Below, one piece after another: positions 25,247 to 37,269 of a DNA stretch of 64,000 nucleotides. Within the stretch, counting starts at the first letter, position 1. Each line of letters begins with the position of its first letter. Origin of the DNA: Octopus sinensis (lineage: Eukaryota); contig NC_043014.1 of assembly GCF_006345805.1 (NCBI RefSeq), positions 38,750,001-38,814,000 of the forward strand, in the 5' to 3' direction. Both the position numbers and the translations under genes were made by a program. The notes beneath the pieces are model-generated. The model ran no database searches. It was not told the DNA's origin and worked only from the letters and a program-made list of their open reading frames with translations.

Positions 25247-25861
25247 GGTTTGTTCCTTCTCGAGCCATGCCTGGCTCATTAGGGCTGGTTTCCCAGTTTC
25301 TTTGGCGTATAGGTTCCCCACCTGGACATGACGCTGGTCCATCGCAGGTGAGCTGCAAGATGCAGGAGGAAAGAGTGAGAGAAAGTTGTAGCAAAAGAGT
25401 CAGCAGAAGTTCGCCATTACCTTCTGCTGGAGCCACGTGGAGCTTAGTTGTTTCGCTCATAAACACACACATCGCCCTGTCTGAGATTCAAACCCACAAT
25501 CCCTCGATCGCGAGTCCGCTGCTCTAACCACTAGGCCATGTGCCTCCACTAATCATGAGGGTTTTTTTTTGTTTGTTCCTTCTCGAGCCGTGCCTAGCTC
25601 ATAAGGGCCGGTTTCCCATTTTCTTAGCATATAGGTTCCCCACCTGGACGGGACGCCGGTCCGTCACAGGTGAGCTGCAAGATGCAGGAGGAAAGAGTGT
25701 GGCGAAAGAGTCAGCAGAAGTTTCGCCATTACCTTCTGCCAGAGCCACGTGGAGCTTAGGTGTTTCACTCATAAACACACACATCGCTCGGTCTGAGATT
25801 CAAACCCACGATCCCTCGACCGCAAGTCCGCTGCTCTAACCACTAGGCCATGTGCCTCCAC
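25247..25861 (-). mobile_element. Two tandem SINE family C (tail type 3) copies
   Basis: 25247-25547 and 25575-25861, both homologous to 8135-8444. Confidence 0.85.
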
Positions 25862-26754
25862 CATGGGTTGGATGGCTTAACAGGAACTGGTAAACCAGAG
25901 GACTGAACCAAGCTCCACTGTCGGTTTTGGCATGGTTTTTACAGCTGGGTACTCTTCTTAACGCCAGCCACAGGCATGTTATATGACTTGTCACTCATGT
26001 GATACTGAAACAATTATAAGCCATGGAAAAAATGTAATACCAACAGCTACATTGTTTAAGATGCACGCTGACCTCACTAATGCTAGTGGCACAAGAAAAG
26101 CGCCTGGTAACACATTATAAAATGGTTGGCATCGGGAAGGGCATCCAGCCACAGAATGGTAATGGTGGCAGTAGAAACAGTCACTGTTGTTGTGTTGGTG
26201 GTGGTAGTAGTAGTAGTAGTAGTTGTTGTTGTTACTGTTGTTGTGGTAGTGGTGGTGGTGGTGATGGTTGTAGCAGTTGTAGTAGAAAGAAAGAAAGAAG
26301 GAAAGAAGGAAAGAAAGAAGGAAGGAAAGTAAGAAGGAAGGAAAGAAAGAAAGAAGGGAAGAAAGAAAGAAAGAAGCTTGACTGAGGAGAAGGCTCAGGT
26401 TGAGTGACAAGAGAGGAGAAATTAGAGAAACACCAACAACAACAACAATAGTTCGTTTATTAATGAAGGAGGAAGGTGAGAGAAGGTGGGAGGCGGGGGG
26501 GGGGGTAAATAAAGATATTAAGCAGATGTTGGGGGAGTGTTTAATTACTGCAGTGAGGTGGCAGAGCGGAAGGAGGAGGAGGGGGAGGGCATATACTGAA
26601 GGGATTAAAGGTTGAAATGCTGGCTACAGAGTGCAGCCCAGCAGCTTCATTTGCACAAGTGTATGTAACGAGAATATATTGAGGGTGGATGTGTGGGTAG
26701 ATATGCAAATATACCAATGAATATGCATATGATTTAGAGAGGGGGATGGGGTGG

Positions 26755-27095
26755 GGAGGGAGCAGGGTAAGAAGGGGAGCAGGGGATGGAGGGTTGGAGA
26801 GGGAGGAAGAGGTGGGAAGAGGGGAGAGAGAGGGTGGAAGAGAGGGGAAGAGAGAGTGGAAGAGAGGGGAAGAGAGAGTGAAGAGGGGGAAGAGAGAGGG
26901 AAGAGGGGGAAGAGAGAGGGAAGAGGGGGAAGAGAGAGGGAAGAGGGGGAAGATAGAGGGAAGAGGGGGAGAGAGGAGAGAGGTTTGAAGAGAGGGGAAG
27001 AAAGAGGGGGAGAGAGGGGAAGAGAGAGGGCGAGAGGGGAAGAGAGAGGGCGAGAGAGAGGGAAGAGAGAGGGGCGAGAGAGAGAGAGGGAGAAA
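26755..27095. repeat. Polypurine ~20-bp minisatellite (AGAGGGGGAAGAGAGAGGGA-like)
   Basis: Directly visible. Confidence 0.9.
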
Positions 27096-27130
27096 GCATG
27101 GATGTGTATTGTGTATGTATAAACGTGTGT

Positions 27131-27169
<39 letters not shown>

Positions 27170-27174
<5 letters not shown>

Positions 27175-27493
27175 TTAAGAGCATGACAGCAGAGGCTTGT
27201 TAGTTATGCATTCCTACACATAATGTTGGTATGTGTATAGATATACATGTGTATTAAGGTGAACAGGTGTGTGTGCGTGTGTATGTGAATGTGTGAGAGC
27301 ATGTGCGTGTGTGTATATGTGTGTGTATGTGAGAGAGAGAGAGCAGGTGTGTGTATATGTGAATGTGTGAACAGGTGTGTGTGTTCGAGCAGGTGTGTGT
27401 ATATGTGAAAGTGTGAGCAGATATTATGTGTGTGTGCGTGAAAAGGTGTGTGTATATGTGAATGTGTGAACAGGTGTGTGTGTGTGTGAGCAG

Positions 27494-27525
<32 letters not shown>

Positions 27526-28924
27526 AAGAAGGTGTGTGTATATGTGAATGTGTGAACAGGTGTGTGTGAGCAGGTGTGTGTATATGTGAATGTGTGAGCA
27601 GATGTGTGTGTGAGCAGGTGTGCCTGTGTGTGAGTGTGAGCAAGTGTGTGTGTGTGTGTGTGTGTTTGTACATGTGTGTGTGTGTGTTGTTTGGGTGTGC
27701 ATGTATGGATGTGAACAAGTGTGTCTCTATGTGAACGGGTATGTCAGTGTGAGTGGGTGTAAGTATGAACATGTGTGAGTGTGAGTATGTATTTATGAAT
27801 GTGAGTGGGTGTGAGTATAAGAATGTAATGTGAGAGGTGGGGGTCATGTGTGAATGGAAGTGAGTGTGAGGTGTTAGTGAGAAAACTTATGTATAGGTGT
27901 GTACATGTGCGTGTGTGTCTGTGTGTCCCCAGCACGTACATGTATGTAAGCATGAGGGGGACAAATGTGTAAGTACATGTGTAAATGCATGTGTGTGTGT
28001 GTGTGTGTGAGTTAATGTGCATGTATATGAGAGAATTTAAGTGCGTGTGTGAGCACATGTGTTTGTGTGTGGACACCCGTACACATGAGCACATGTAGGT
28101 ATATATGTGGGCGGAGGGAGTGTGTGTGTGTGTGAAAATGTGTGTACATAAGTGAAAGCATGTGTGTGGATACAATTAAATTTGTGTGTGCATGTGTGTG
28201 TGTGTGGTATATGCTAATGACTAAATGTAGTATACTGTGTGTATGTGTTATGTGTGTGGGTGTGTGTGATATTCATGTGTGTGTATGCAAATGTGTGTAC
28301 ATAAGTGAAAGCATGTGTGTGGATATGATTAAATTTACGTGTGCATGTGTGTGTGTGTGTGAGTATGTGTATGCAAATGTGTGTACATAAGTGAAAGCGT
28401 GTGTGTGGATACGATTAAATTTGGGGGGGGGGCGGTATGCAAATGTGTGTACATAAGTGAAAGCATGTGTGTGGATACAATTAAATTTGCGTGTGCATGT
28501 GTGTGTGTGTGTGTGGTATATGCTAATGACTAAATGTAGTATACTGTGTGTGTATGTGTGTGTGTATGTGTGTGTGTATGTGTGTGTGTATGTGTGTGTG
28601 TGTGTGTAGATTTAAGAGCATGACAGCAGAGGCTTGTTAGTTATGCATTCCTACACATAATGTTGGTATGTGTATAGATATACATGTGTATTAAGGTGAA
28701 CAGGTGTGTGTGCGTGTGTATGTGAATGTGTGAGAGCATGTGCGTGTGTGTATATGTGTGTGTATGTGAGAGAGAGAGAGCAGGTGTGTGTATATGTGAA
28801 TGTGTGAACAGGTGTGTGTGTTCGAGCAGGTGTGTGTATATGTGAAAGTGTGAGCAGATATTATGTGTGTGTGCGTGAAAAGGTGTGTGTATATGTGAAT
28901 GTGTGAACAGGTGTGTGTGTGTGG

Positions 28925-28955
<31 letters not shown>

Positions 28956-29975
28956 AAGGTGTGTGTATATGTGAATGTGTGAACAGGTGTGTGTGAGCAG
29001 GTGTGTGTATATGTGAATGTGTGAGCAGATGTGTGTGTGAGCAGGTGTGCCTGTGTGTGAGTGTGAGCAAGTGTGTGTGTGTGTGTGTGTGTTTGTACAT
29101 GTGTGTGTGTGTGTTGTTTGGGTGTGCATGTATGGATGTGAACAAGTGTGTCTCTATGTGAACGGGTATGTCAGTGTGAGTGGGTGTAAGTATGAACATG
29201 TGTGAGTGTGAGTATGTATTTATGAATGTGAGTGGGTGTGAGTATAAGAATGTAATGTGAGAGGTGGGGGTCATGTGTGAATGGAAGTGAGTGTGAGGTG
29301 TTAGTGAGAAAACTTATGTATAGGTGTGTACATGTGCGTGTGTGTCTGTGTGTCCCCAGCACGTACATGTATGTAAGCATGAGGGGGACAAATGTGTAAG
29401 TACATGTGTAAATGCATGTGTGTGTGTGAGTTAATGTGCATGTATATGAGAGAATTTAAGTGCGTGTGTGAGCACATGTGTTTGTGTGTGGACACCCGTA
29501 CACATGAGCACATGTAGGTATATATGTGGGCGGAGAGAGTGTGTGTGTGTGTGAAAATGTGTGTACATAAGTGAAAGCATGTGTGTGGATACAATTAAAT
29601 TTGTGTGTGCATGTGTGTGTGTGTGGTATATGCTAATGACTAAATGTAGTATACTGTGTGTATGTGTGTATGTATTATGTGTGTGGGTGTGTGTGTGATA
29701 TTCATGTGTGTGTATGCAAATGTGTGTACATAAGTGAAAGCATGTGTGTGGATATGATTAAATTTACGTGTGCATGTGTGTGTGTGTGTGAGTATGTGTA
29801 TGCAAATGTGTGTACATAAGTGAAAGCGTGTGTGTGGATACGATTAAATTTGGGGGGGGCGGTATGCAAATGTGTGTACATAAGTGAAAGCATGTGTGTG
29901 GATACAATTAAATTTGCGTGTGCATGTGTGTGTGTGTGTGTGTGGTATATGCTAATGACTAAATGTAGTATACTG
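27170..29975. repeat. ~1.43-kb tandem duplication of GT-rich compound repeat
   Basis: Anchor tagatttaagagcatgacagcagaggc at 27170 and 28607; ORF offsets of 1437 to 1419. Confidence 0.9.
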
Positions 29976-30413
29976 TGTGTGTGTGTGTGTGCATTATGTG
30001 TGTGGGTGTGTGTATGTATTATGTGTGTGGGTGTGTGTATCTATTATGTGTGTGGGTGTGTGATATTCATGTTTGCTAGTGACTGTGTATATACGATATC
30101 TATGAGAGTGAATGTGAGGTGTATATGATCTGAATGACTATGTAGTCTACATGTGTATGCATGTTTGTTAATGAATAAGTATCATACCTATGTATCTGTG
30201 TAAGCGAATGTGTGTGTGTGGCGCATATGATGTATGAGAGCGGTTATGCATAGTATGCGCATGGGGGACAGGTGGTATAGAGTGTGTGAGTGTATATGTT
30301 TGCACACATATGTAATTTGAATTCCAGCCTGGTATTTATTTATGTTAGCAATGCATTTTATAACCATTAACTTTTGTCATCATTCGAGAAATATTTCTTG
30401 AATTCCAAATTAC

Positions 30414-30487
30414 CTGGCAACCATATCTAAATGGATGACCTGTTTCTCATCCAACACAGAATCAGTCATAGCTAGCTGCAAAGAAGA
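30414..30487 (-). CDS. Candidate exon, minus-strand chain (SSLQLAMTDSVLDEKQVIHLDMVA)
   Basis: atatttaacAG acceptor, CAG|GTAATT donor, phase 0 to 2. Confidence 0.45.
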
Positions 30488-30526
30488 CTGTTAAATATAA
30501 ACATTAGATATATATATATCATTGTG

Positions 30527-30819
30527 ATCATCGTAACTGACCAGACTATCAGATGTTGCTACACATCGCTGGTCACAATGCGCTTCACATTGTTTTAGCC
30601 TTCAAATGACGCTAAGCGAGCAGGCCAACAGAAGAAAGAGTGAGAGAAAGTTGTGGCGAAAGAGTACAGCAGGGATCGCCGCCACCCCCTGCCGGAGCCT
30701 CGTGGAGTTTTAGGTGTTTTCGCTCAATAAACACTCACAACGCCCAGTCTGGGAATCGAAACCGCGATCCTACGACCGCGAGTCTGCTGCCCTAACCACT
30801 GGGCCATTACGCCTCCACA
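30527..30819 (-). mobile_element. SINE family C, tail type 1
   Basis: Near-identical to 6470-6775. Confidence 0.85.
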
Positions 30820-31028
30820 TATATATATATCATATCAATAATAATAATAATGGTTTCAAATTTTGCCACAAGGGCAATGATTTGGGGAAAGGGGACGAGT
30901 CAATTACATTGACCCCAGTGTTCAACTGGTACTTATTTTATCGACCTTGAAAGGATGAAGGGAAAATCAACCTCGGAGGAATTTGAACTCCACCTTATAA
31001 ATAATAATAATAATAATAATAATAATAA

Positions 31029-31470
31029 TTAATTCTTTTTATTGGCCACAAGGGCTGACAAATATGATTGGAAAACATAAAGGAACAAAACAGGACGAAA
31101 GGTTACAAAAGGTTTTGTCCGTTTGTGAAAAGAACGAGTAAAAAGCAGTTTAACAATCAAAATTTTTAACAACGAAAAGCTCCCAATAGAAGAGACGCTT
31201 CAAAAAAAGAAAAGGTCTCACGTGGAAAAACCCATAAAAGCCACGGGAGCCTGGTCAAAAGGGGGGTAAAGAGCCCCTTTCTCCTTTTATAATACCTTTT
31301 TCAGTTACAGGCGAACCCTCAGAATTGGTCCATTTACACTGGCCATTCTTGCACAATTCACCCACCTTTCAGAAAACTTGCTATCAGACAGCACTCTCCT
31401 CTCTAACCTCATCTTCCTTTTCAAGTGAAACTTGAAAAAGTTGATGAGGCCTTGACCAAAGAGATAATAC
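31029..31470 (-). mobile_element. Tx1/L1-like LINE 3' end (ORF2 C-terminus plus 3' UTR)
   Basis: 31469-31305 encodes YYLFGQGLINFFKFHLKRKMRLERRVLSDSKFSERWVNCARMASVNGPILRVRL*, then a UTR ending AATAAA and (TTA)n. Clade assigned from motif memory. Confidence 0.6.
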
Positions 31471-31501
31471 TAATAATAATAATAATAATAATACGGTACA
31501 G

Positions 31502-31868
31502 GTAAAATATATCCCTGTAGTTATAGGTGTATTAGGAACTATCCTTAACCCTTTAGTATTCAGATTATTCTGTCAAATGTAATCTTTATTTATTCATATT
31601 GTTTTCAATTAATCAAGGATTATTTTGTTATTTCAAGGCTTTGATGATGTGATTGTTTATTTTGAGAATGACATTGTAGGATAGATGAGAGAGGCCAGAA
31701 CTGGTTACTTTGAACATAAAACAGTTAGAAGTATTTGACCGGATATGGCTGGTTTAAATGCTAAATAGATAGGAAAAAAGGGGCATAAAACCTAGTTTAG
31801 CGCAGCTCCAGAAAACAGTGTTATTAGGGACAGCTAGGATACTTAGGAAGATATCCATAAGCCACTGA
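31502..31868 (+). mobile_element. R4/Dong-type REL-domain fragment split by a piggyBac-type MITE (31549-31765)
   Basis: VKYIPVVIGVLGTI (31502-31543) and GIKPSLAQLQKTVLLGTARILRK (from 31782) are consecutive R4/Dong C-terminal motifs; the MITE begins at TTAA|CCCTTTAG. Confidence 0.75.
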
Positions 31869-32174
31869 CGAAGCCTGTACATAGTCACAACACACTAGAA
31901 ATAGCAGCCTCAGATCTCCCTCAGATCACCCACCCCATCTGATGTCTTGACCCCTTTTACCTTCATCACTATAATGGCCTCTGCTCCTTGGAGCTGGCTG
32001 GAGGATAGGGGTCCATATTACAACTACTCAGACATTTATAATCCATCTGGCTCTTCTCTTCTCACAACTCCTCTTGTATTCAACTATTCAGGTCCTACAC
32101 TAACCACCATGATCATTATACCTGGTCCTTTCTTCTTAAAATATAAGCCTCTGGAACTTCTACCCTCTACATAC

Positions 32175-32293
32175 ACACCTGTTCATATCACTCTTGCAGG
32201 TGTTAATTTGCAATGTTTCAAGAAGAAAACTAATGGCATCAATCCCTCTCATCTCAAAGAGCCTGAAAAAGTCATGAAGCATTGCTCCCTTAC
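32175..32293 (-). CDS. Candidate exon, minus-strand chain (KGAMLHDFFRLFEMRGIDAISFLLETLQINTCKSDMNRC)
   Basis: Long pyrimidine tract plus ggcAG acceptor; GTATGT donor; phase 1 to 0; overlaps the plus candidate. Confidence 0.4.
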
Positions 32294-32305
32294 CTGCCAG
32301 ATCAG
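32200..32305 (+). CDS. Candidate exon, plus-strand chain (VNLQCFKKKTNGINPSHLKEPEKVMKHCSLTCQI)
   Basis: ctcttgcAG acceptor, consensus CAG|GTAAGT donor, phase 1 to 2. Confidence 0.45.
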
Positions 32306-32360
32306 GTAAGTGAAAAGCAAAAAAAAAATTGGATAACGTGGTCCTGCTGTGGGTTTAAAT

Positions 32361-32916
32361 CAGTGTGCCACAACTGGTATGCCATGGCACACTGGTGTGC
32401 CACAAGATGGTGCTGGGTGTGTTGCCTAGCAACCTGAATACTCTTACTCTCTTTTTACTCTTTTACTTGTTTCTGTCATTTGACTGTGCTGGAGCCTATT
32501 CTGTATGTATTCTGTGCAGGACTTATTCTATCAGTCTCTTTTGCTGAACAGCTAAGTTACGGGGGATGTAAACACACCAGCATTGGTTATCAGGTGATGT
32601 TGGGGAGGACAAACACAGACACACAAACACACACACAAAAATATATATATATATACATATATACGATGGACTTCTTTCAGTTTCCGTCTGCCAAATCCAC
32701 TCACAAGGCTTTGGACAGCCCGAGGCTATAGTAAAAGACACTCGCCCAAGGTGCTACGCAGTGGGACTGAACCCAGAACCATGTAGTTGGTAAGCAAGCT
32801 ACTTACCACACAGCCACTCCTGTGCCTGAATATAATTTTTTTCTTATATTTTCAGTTCAGGTGTGCTGAAAAGAATATAAGCGTACCGCAGGTGAAAAAA
32901 GGTTGCAAAGCACAGG
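32361..32916. mobile_element. Degenerate hAT-type MITE interrupted by a SINE A copy (32443-32826, minus)
   Basis: Flanks GTTTAAAT/GTTTAAAC (8-bp TSD, 1 mismatch); cagtg...aaaaaaggttg...cacag termini. Confidence 0.55.
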
Positions 32917-32953
32917 GTTTAAACTCAATCAGGACCGACCTGGATTTAGACAA

Positions 32954-33921
32954 CAACCTTGCATTTCAAAGGGAGAGATGTGTCACAAAGCTATGATAAA
33001 TCCAGTCCTGTCATTCTGTTAACAATCTATATTGTATACATGGCTGTTGGTTATAACAATAAAAGTTCCATTTGATTTGATAAACTAAACAGCCTGCTCA
33101 TGAAATTATGTGCAAGTGGTTGAAAACTTCACGGATACATATACACTTAACACAGTTCTCTGGGAGATTCAGCATGACACAGAATGTGACAAGGCTGGCC
33201 TTTTGAATATACAGGCACAACTAATTTTTGCCGGCTGAGTGGACAGGAGTAATGCGAAATAAAGTGTCTTGCCCAAGGATACAAAGAGCTGGTGGGAATC
33301 AAACTCACAACCTTATTGGTCGTGACCTGAATACCCTAACCACCAAGCTGTTTGCTTTCATTATCTCCCTTACTTCTTACCTCTTGTGTGTGACCCTTCT
33401 GTCTGGCAGTCGTCATGATAGATCGTTAGCCACTACACACATTTTTTTCTCTCCTTAGCTGATCTTGTGAGTGGATTTGGTCGATGGAAACTGGAAGCTG
33501 AATGAAGCCTATTGTGTATGTATATATATATGTGTGTGTGTTTGTGTCCCACCAGCTCTTTGTATCCTTGGGCAAGACACTTTATTTCGCATTACTCCTG
33601 TCCACTCAGCCGGCAAAAATTAGTTGTGCCTGTATATTCAAAAGGCCAGCCTTGTCACATTCTGTGTCATGCTGAATCTCCCAGAGAACTGTGTTAAGTG
33701 TATGTGTACCCGTGAAGTTTTCAACCACTTGCACATAATTTCATGAGCAGGCTGTTTAGTTTATCAAATCAACTGGAACTTTTATTGTTATAACCAACAG
33801 CCATGTATACAATATAGATTGTTAATAGAATGGATGAAGTAGACAAGCAGCTACAATGGAATGACAGGACTGGATTTATCATAGCTTTGTGACACATCTC
33901 TCCCTTTGAAATGCAAGGTTG
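32954..33921. repeat. Inverted duplication, arms 32954-33297 and 33547-33921
   Basis: Arms are near-perfect reverse complements including non-SINE sequence; ~250-bp spacer; ~28 extra bp in arm 2. Confidence 0.9.
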
Positions 33922-34023
33922 ATGTCATGGAGAACACCTGCCCAAGGTGCCTTGCAGTGGGACTGAACCTCAAACCATGTGACTGGAAAGCAAACTTCCT
34001 ACCACACAACTACACGTCATATA

Positions 34024-34240
34024 CGAGAGGGTACTGGAAAGTTCCTGGTTGTGGGTAAAAGAAAATACAGGAGGATCAGTCACTTATGATTTCATTCAAC
34101 ATATTCCCCTCTCAGATTCACGCACTTATTGCTGTGGTCCTTCAGTTTTTCTAAGCCCTGTATAAGAACTTGAAATTTTGGGCCTCCAACTAAGCTGTTT
34201 GCAATACTTTTAAAGCCAGGAACTTTTCAGCACCTCCTTG
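34024..34240. mobile_element. Mariner-type MITE
   Basis: TA|CGAGAGGGTACTGGAAAGTTCCTGG...CCAGGAACTTTTCAGCACCTCCTTG|TA; second copy at 37270-37486. Confidence 0.85.
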
Positions 34241-34261
34241 TATATGTATGTATATGTATAT

Positions 34262-34470
34262 GTGACCGCGTGTGTACCGTTGGTGATTTTTTCCTCTGTC
34301 TTCCCTTCTTTGGATCTTTCCTTCTCCTATGTTTCCGACGAAGAGCTCCGCTCGAAACATTAAACCCTCCTTCTTACCTTCTTTCCGGAGCGTCCAATAA
34401 TACTATATTTGTTCCATGTCCTCGCGTTGTTGTGTTTTTTTTGTGTGCTTTCATGTTTGGATTAACTTTA
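34262..34470 (+). mobile_element. Penelope-like terminal repeat fragment
   Basis: Homologous to the 23070 and 36857 copies. Confidence 0.65.
34331..34365 (+). ncRNA. Minimal hammerhead ribozyme motif, degenerate (U4 to C, G16.2 to A)
   Basis: GUUU CCGACGA A GAGC UCC GCUC GAAAC AUU AAAC. Confidence 0.6.
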
Positions 34471-34486
34471 TATATATGTATGCATG

Positions 34487-34536
<50 letters not shown>

Positions 34537-35164
34537 TGAGGGAATATTATTCCAAACTTACAGGGAAAAATTCAATTTAGAAATACTAAATCAAATTCCA
34601 CAAAATTTAATATATATAAATTAGAAAAAAATCTTTCTATAATATGTAATTTTCTAGATGATATAATTTAATTTTTCATTTTGAATTAATAAAAGGTGTT
34701 TTTTTCTCATTTGTGCGTGTGTGTGTATATGCAGGTAGCATGTAAAAGCACCCATTACACTCTCAGAGTGGTTGGCATTAGGAAGGGCAACCAGTCATAG
34801 AAAACCATGCTACATTAGATTGGTGTCTGGTGCAGCCTTCTGGCATGCCAGCCTGCTCAAACCATCCAACCCATGTCAGCATGGAAAATGAACGTTTGGT
34901 GATAATGATGATGATATATATATGATGTCTGTCTGCAATACTGTGTCAGACTGATTGCATATTTCTGATGTGAATATAAACTACAATAACAGAGTATGTG
35001 AGTATGAAATGGGAGGAGACGAAGGCCAAGAGAAACATAAGAGAGAGGGGGAGGAGAGGGGAAAAAGAAAGGAGAAAAAGAGAGAAATGGAGGAAGAAAC
35101 AGGTGAATGAGAGAGGAACAAAGAAAAGAAAGAAATGGAACAAGGAGAGAAGAGAGGAGGAGAG

Positions 35165-35570
35165 TGCAAAGGAGGAAGAAAGATAGATAGAATAGGAGAG
35201 AGACAGACAGAATAGGAGAGAGACAGACAGAACAGGAGAGAGACAGACAGACAGACAGACAGAATAGGAGACAGACAGACAGAATAGGAGAGAGAGAGAC
35301 AGAATAGGAGAGAGAGAGACAGACAGACAGAATAGGAGAGAGAGAGACAGACAGACAGAATAGGAGAGAGACAGACAGACAGAATAGGAGAGAGACAGAC
35401 AGACAGAATAGGAGAGCGACAGACATACAGACAGAATAGGAGAGAGACAGATAGACAGACAGAATAGGAGAGAGACAGACAGACAGAATAGAAGAGAGAC
35501 AGACAGACAGACAGAATAGGAGGCAGACAGACAGACAGACAGAATAGGAGACAGACAGACAGAGAGGAAA
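35165..35570. repeat. (AGAC)n/AGAATAGGAGAG minisatellite
   Basis: Directly visible. Confidence 0.9.
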
Positions 35571-36811
35571 CAAGAGATAGAATGATGACAGAAAGAGAAA
35601 GTGGAAAAGATACAGAAATAAAAACAGGTGCAGGAGGAGCAGAGAGATGGAGAATCAGAAAGAGAGCAGAGAAAGATATATAGAGAGGGAGAGTGGCACA
35701 GAGAGAGAGAGAGAGTGAGGTATTATGAGAGGTGTAGGGTTGCTCACAAGCAAGAATCTCATTAGGTGGCAGCTAACGATATGACTTTTCAGATATGATC
35801 TGTTTGGTCAAAGCATTAAAATACGGCTTGACTACAGAACAAGCAGCATAAAATACCTTGTCTGTCCAGGTAAGTAATATCGTAATCTATAAGTAATTAG
35901 GATTCTATCAATCGATAAATAAATAGATACAGTTGCCAACAAGCTATGGCTGAGTTTAGTTAGGAAACTGAATGGTTAAGAAGTTTTGATTTGCAGCCAC
36001 CTATCTGTGGTTCTGGGTTCGATCCCACTGTGTGGAATCTAGAGAGGAATGTCTTCGGCCATAGCCTAAAGCCCTCAATGCCTTTTGAGTGAAATGTAAT
36101 CAGTGGAAACTGTATGGAAGCCTATGATATGCATATGTGTATATGTCTAGTGGCAAAAGATATATGCAGGAGTGGCTATGTGGTTAAGAAGCTTGCTTCG
36201 CAACCACATGGTTTCAGGTTCAGTCCCACTGCCTGGCATCATGGGCAAGTAGCTTTGACTATAGCCCTGGGTCAACCAATCCCTTATGAGTGGATTCAGT
36301 AGATTGAAACTGTCTAGAAGTCTGTGTTTGTTCCCCCACCACCACCACACTGCTTGACAGCCAATGTTGGTTTGTTTATATCCTCAAAATTTAGCACTTC
36401 AGCAAAAGAGACTGATTAATATTCTAAAGATGCAAGACAAAATGGACGAAACCTGTTAGAATTTACACCCTTTCTTCATGTCCTCTCTCTCTCTCTCTCC
36501 CTCTCTCTTCTATATTGTGGATAGCTACGTAGCTCCTCTAGACCAAGAAACATGTTCAGCTCTGGCACCTTCTCTCATACTTTTACTCTTCATCTCCTAG
36601 CATAGAGCTGCCCCCCACTCAGATGTGACAAGGCTAGCCTTTTGAATTACAGGTACTACTAATTTTTGCTAGCAGAGTGGACAAGAGTAATGTGAAATAA
36701 AGTGTCTTGCCCAAGGATACAAAGAGCTGGTGGGAATCAAACTCACCTTATTGGTCGTGATCTGAATACCCTAACAACCAAGCTGTGTGCTTTCATTATA
36801 TACATACATAC

Positions 36812-36862
<51 letters not shown>

Positions 36863-36956
36863 ATCTAAACATGAACAAAGAGAAAACACAACAATGCAAG
36901 GACGTGGAACAAGTATAGTGTTATTGGACGCTCAGGAAAAGAAAGAAGGAAGGAGG

Positions 36957-36991
36957 ATTTAATGTTTCAAGCTGAGCTCTTCGTCAGAAAC
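36957..36991 (-). ncRNA. Minimal hammerhead ribozyme motif, core intact, stem III mutated (inside Penelope-like copy 36857-37050)
   Basis: GUUU CUGACGA A GAGC UCA GCUU GAAAC AUU AAAU. Confidence 0.65.
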
Positions 36992-37269
36992 ATGGAAAAA
37001 GGAAAAGTTCAAGGAAGGGAAGACAGAGAACGAAAATCGCCAATACCCTCTTGTATATGACGTGTAGTTTTGCACAACCACATCAATAAATCACAAATCA
37101 ACTTCAACACCGACACAGATGGTTGCATAGATAAAAACGTCTTCCCCACCACCACCACCACCAACAACTGCGTAGTTTTAGGTTCAAACCCACTATACAG
37201 TACTTTATGCAAGTGTCTTCTACCACAATTTCAAGTTGACCAAAACCTTGTGGAAATTTGGTAGGCATA

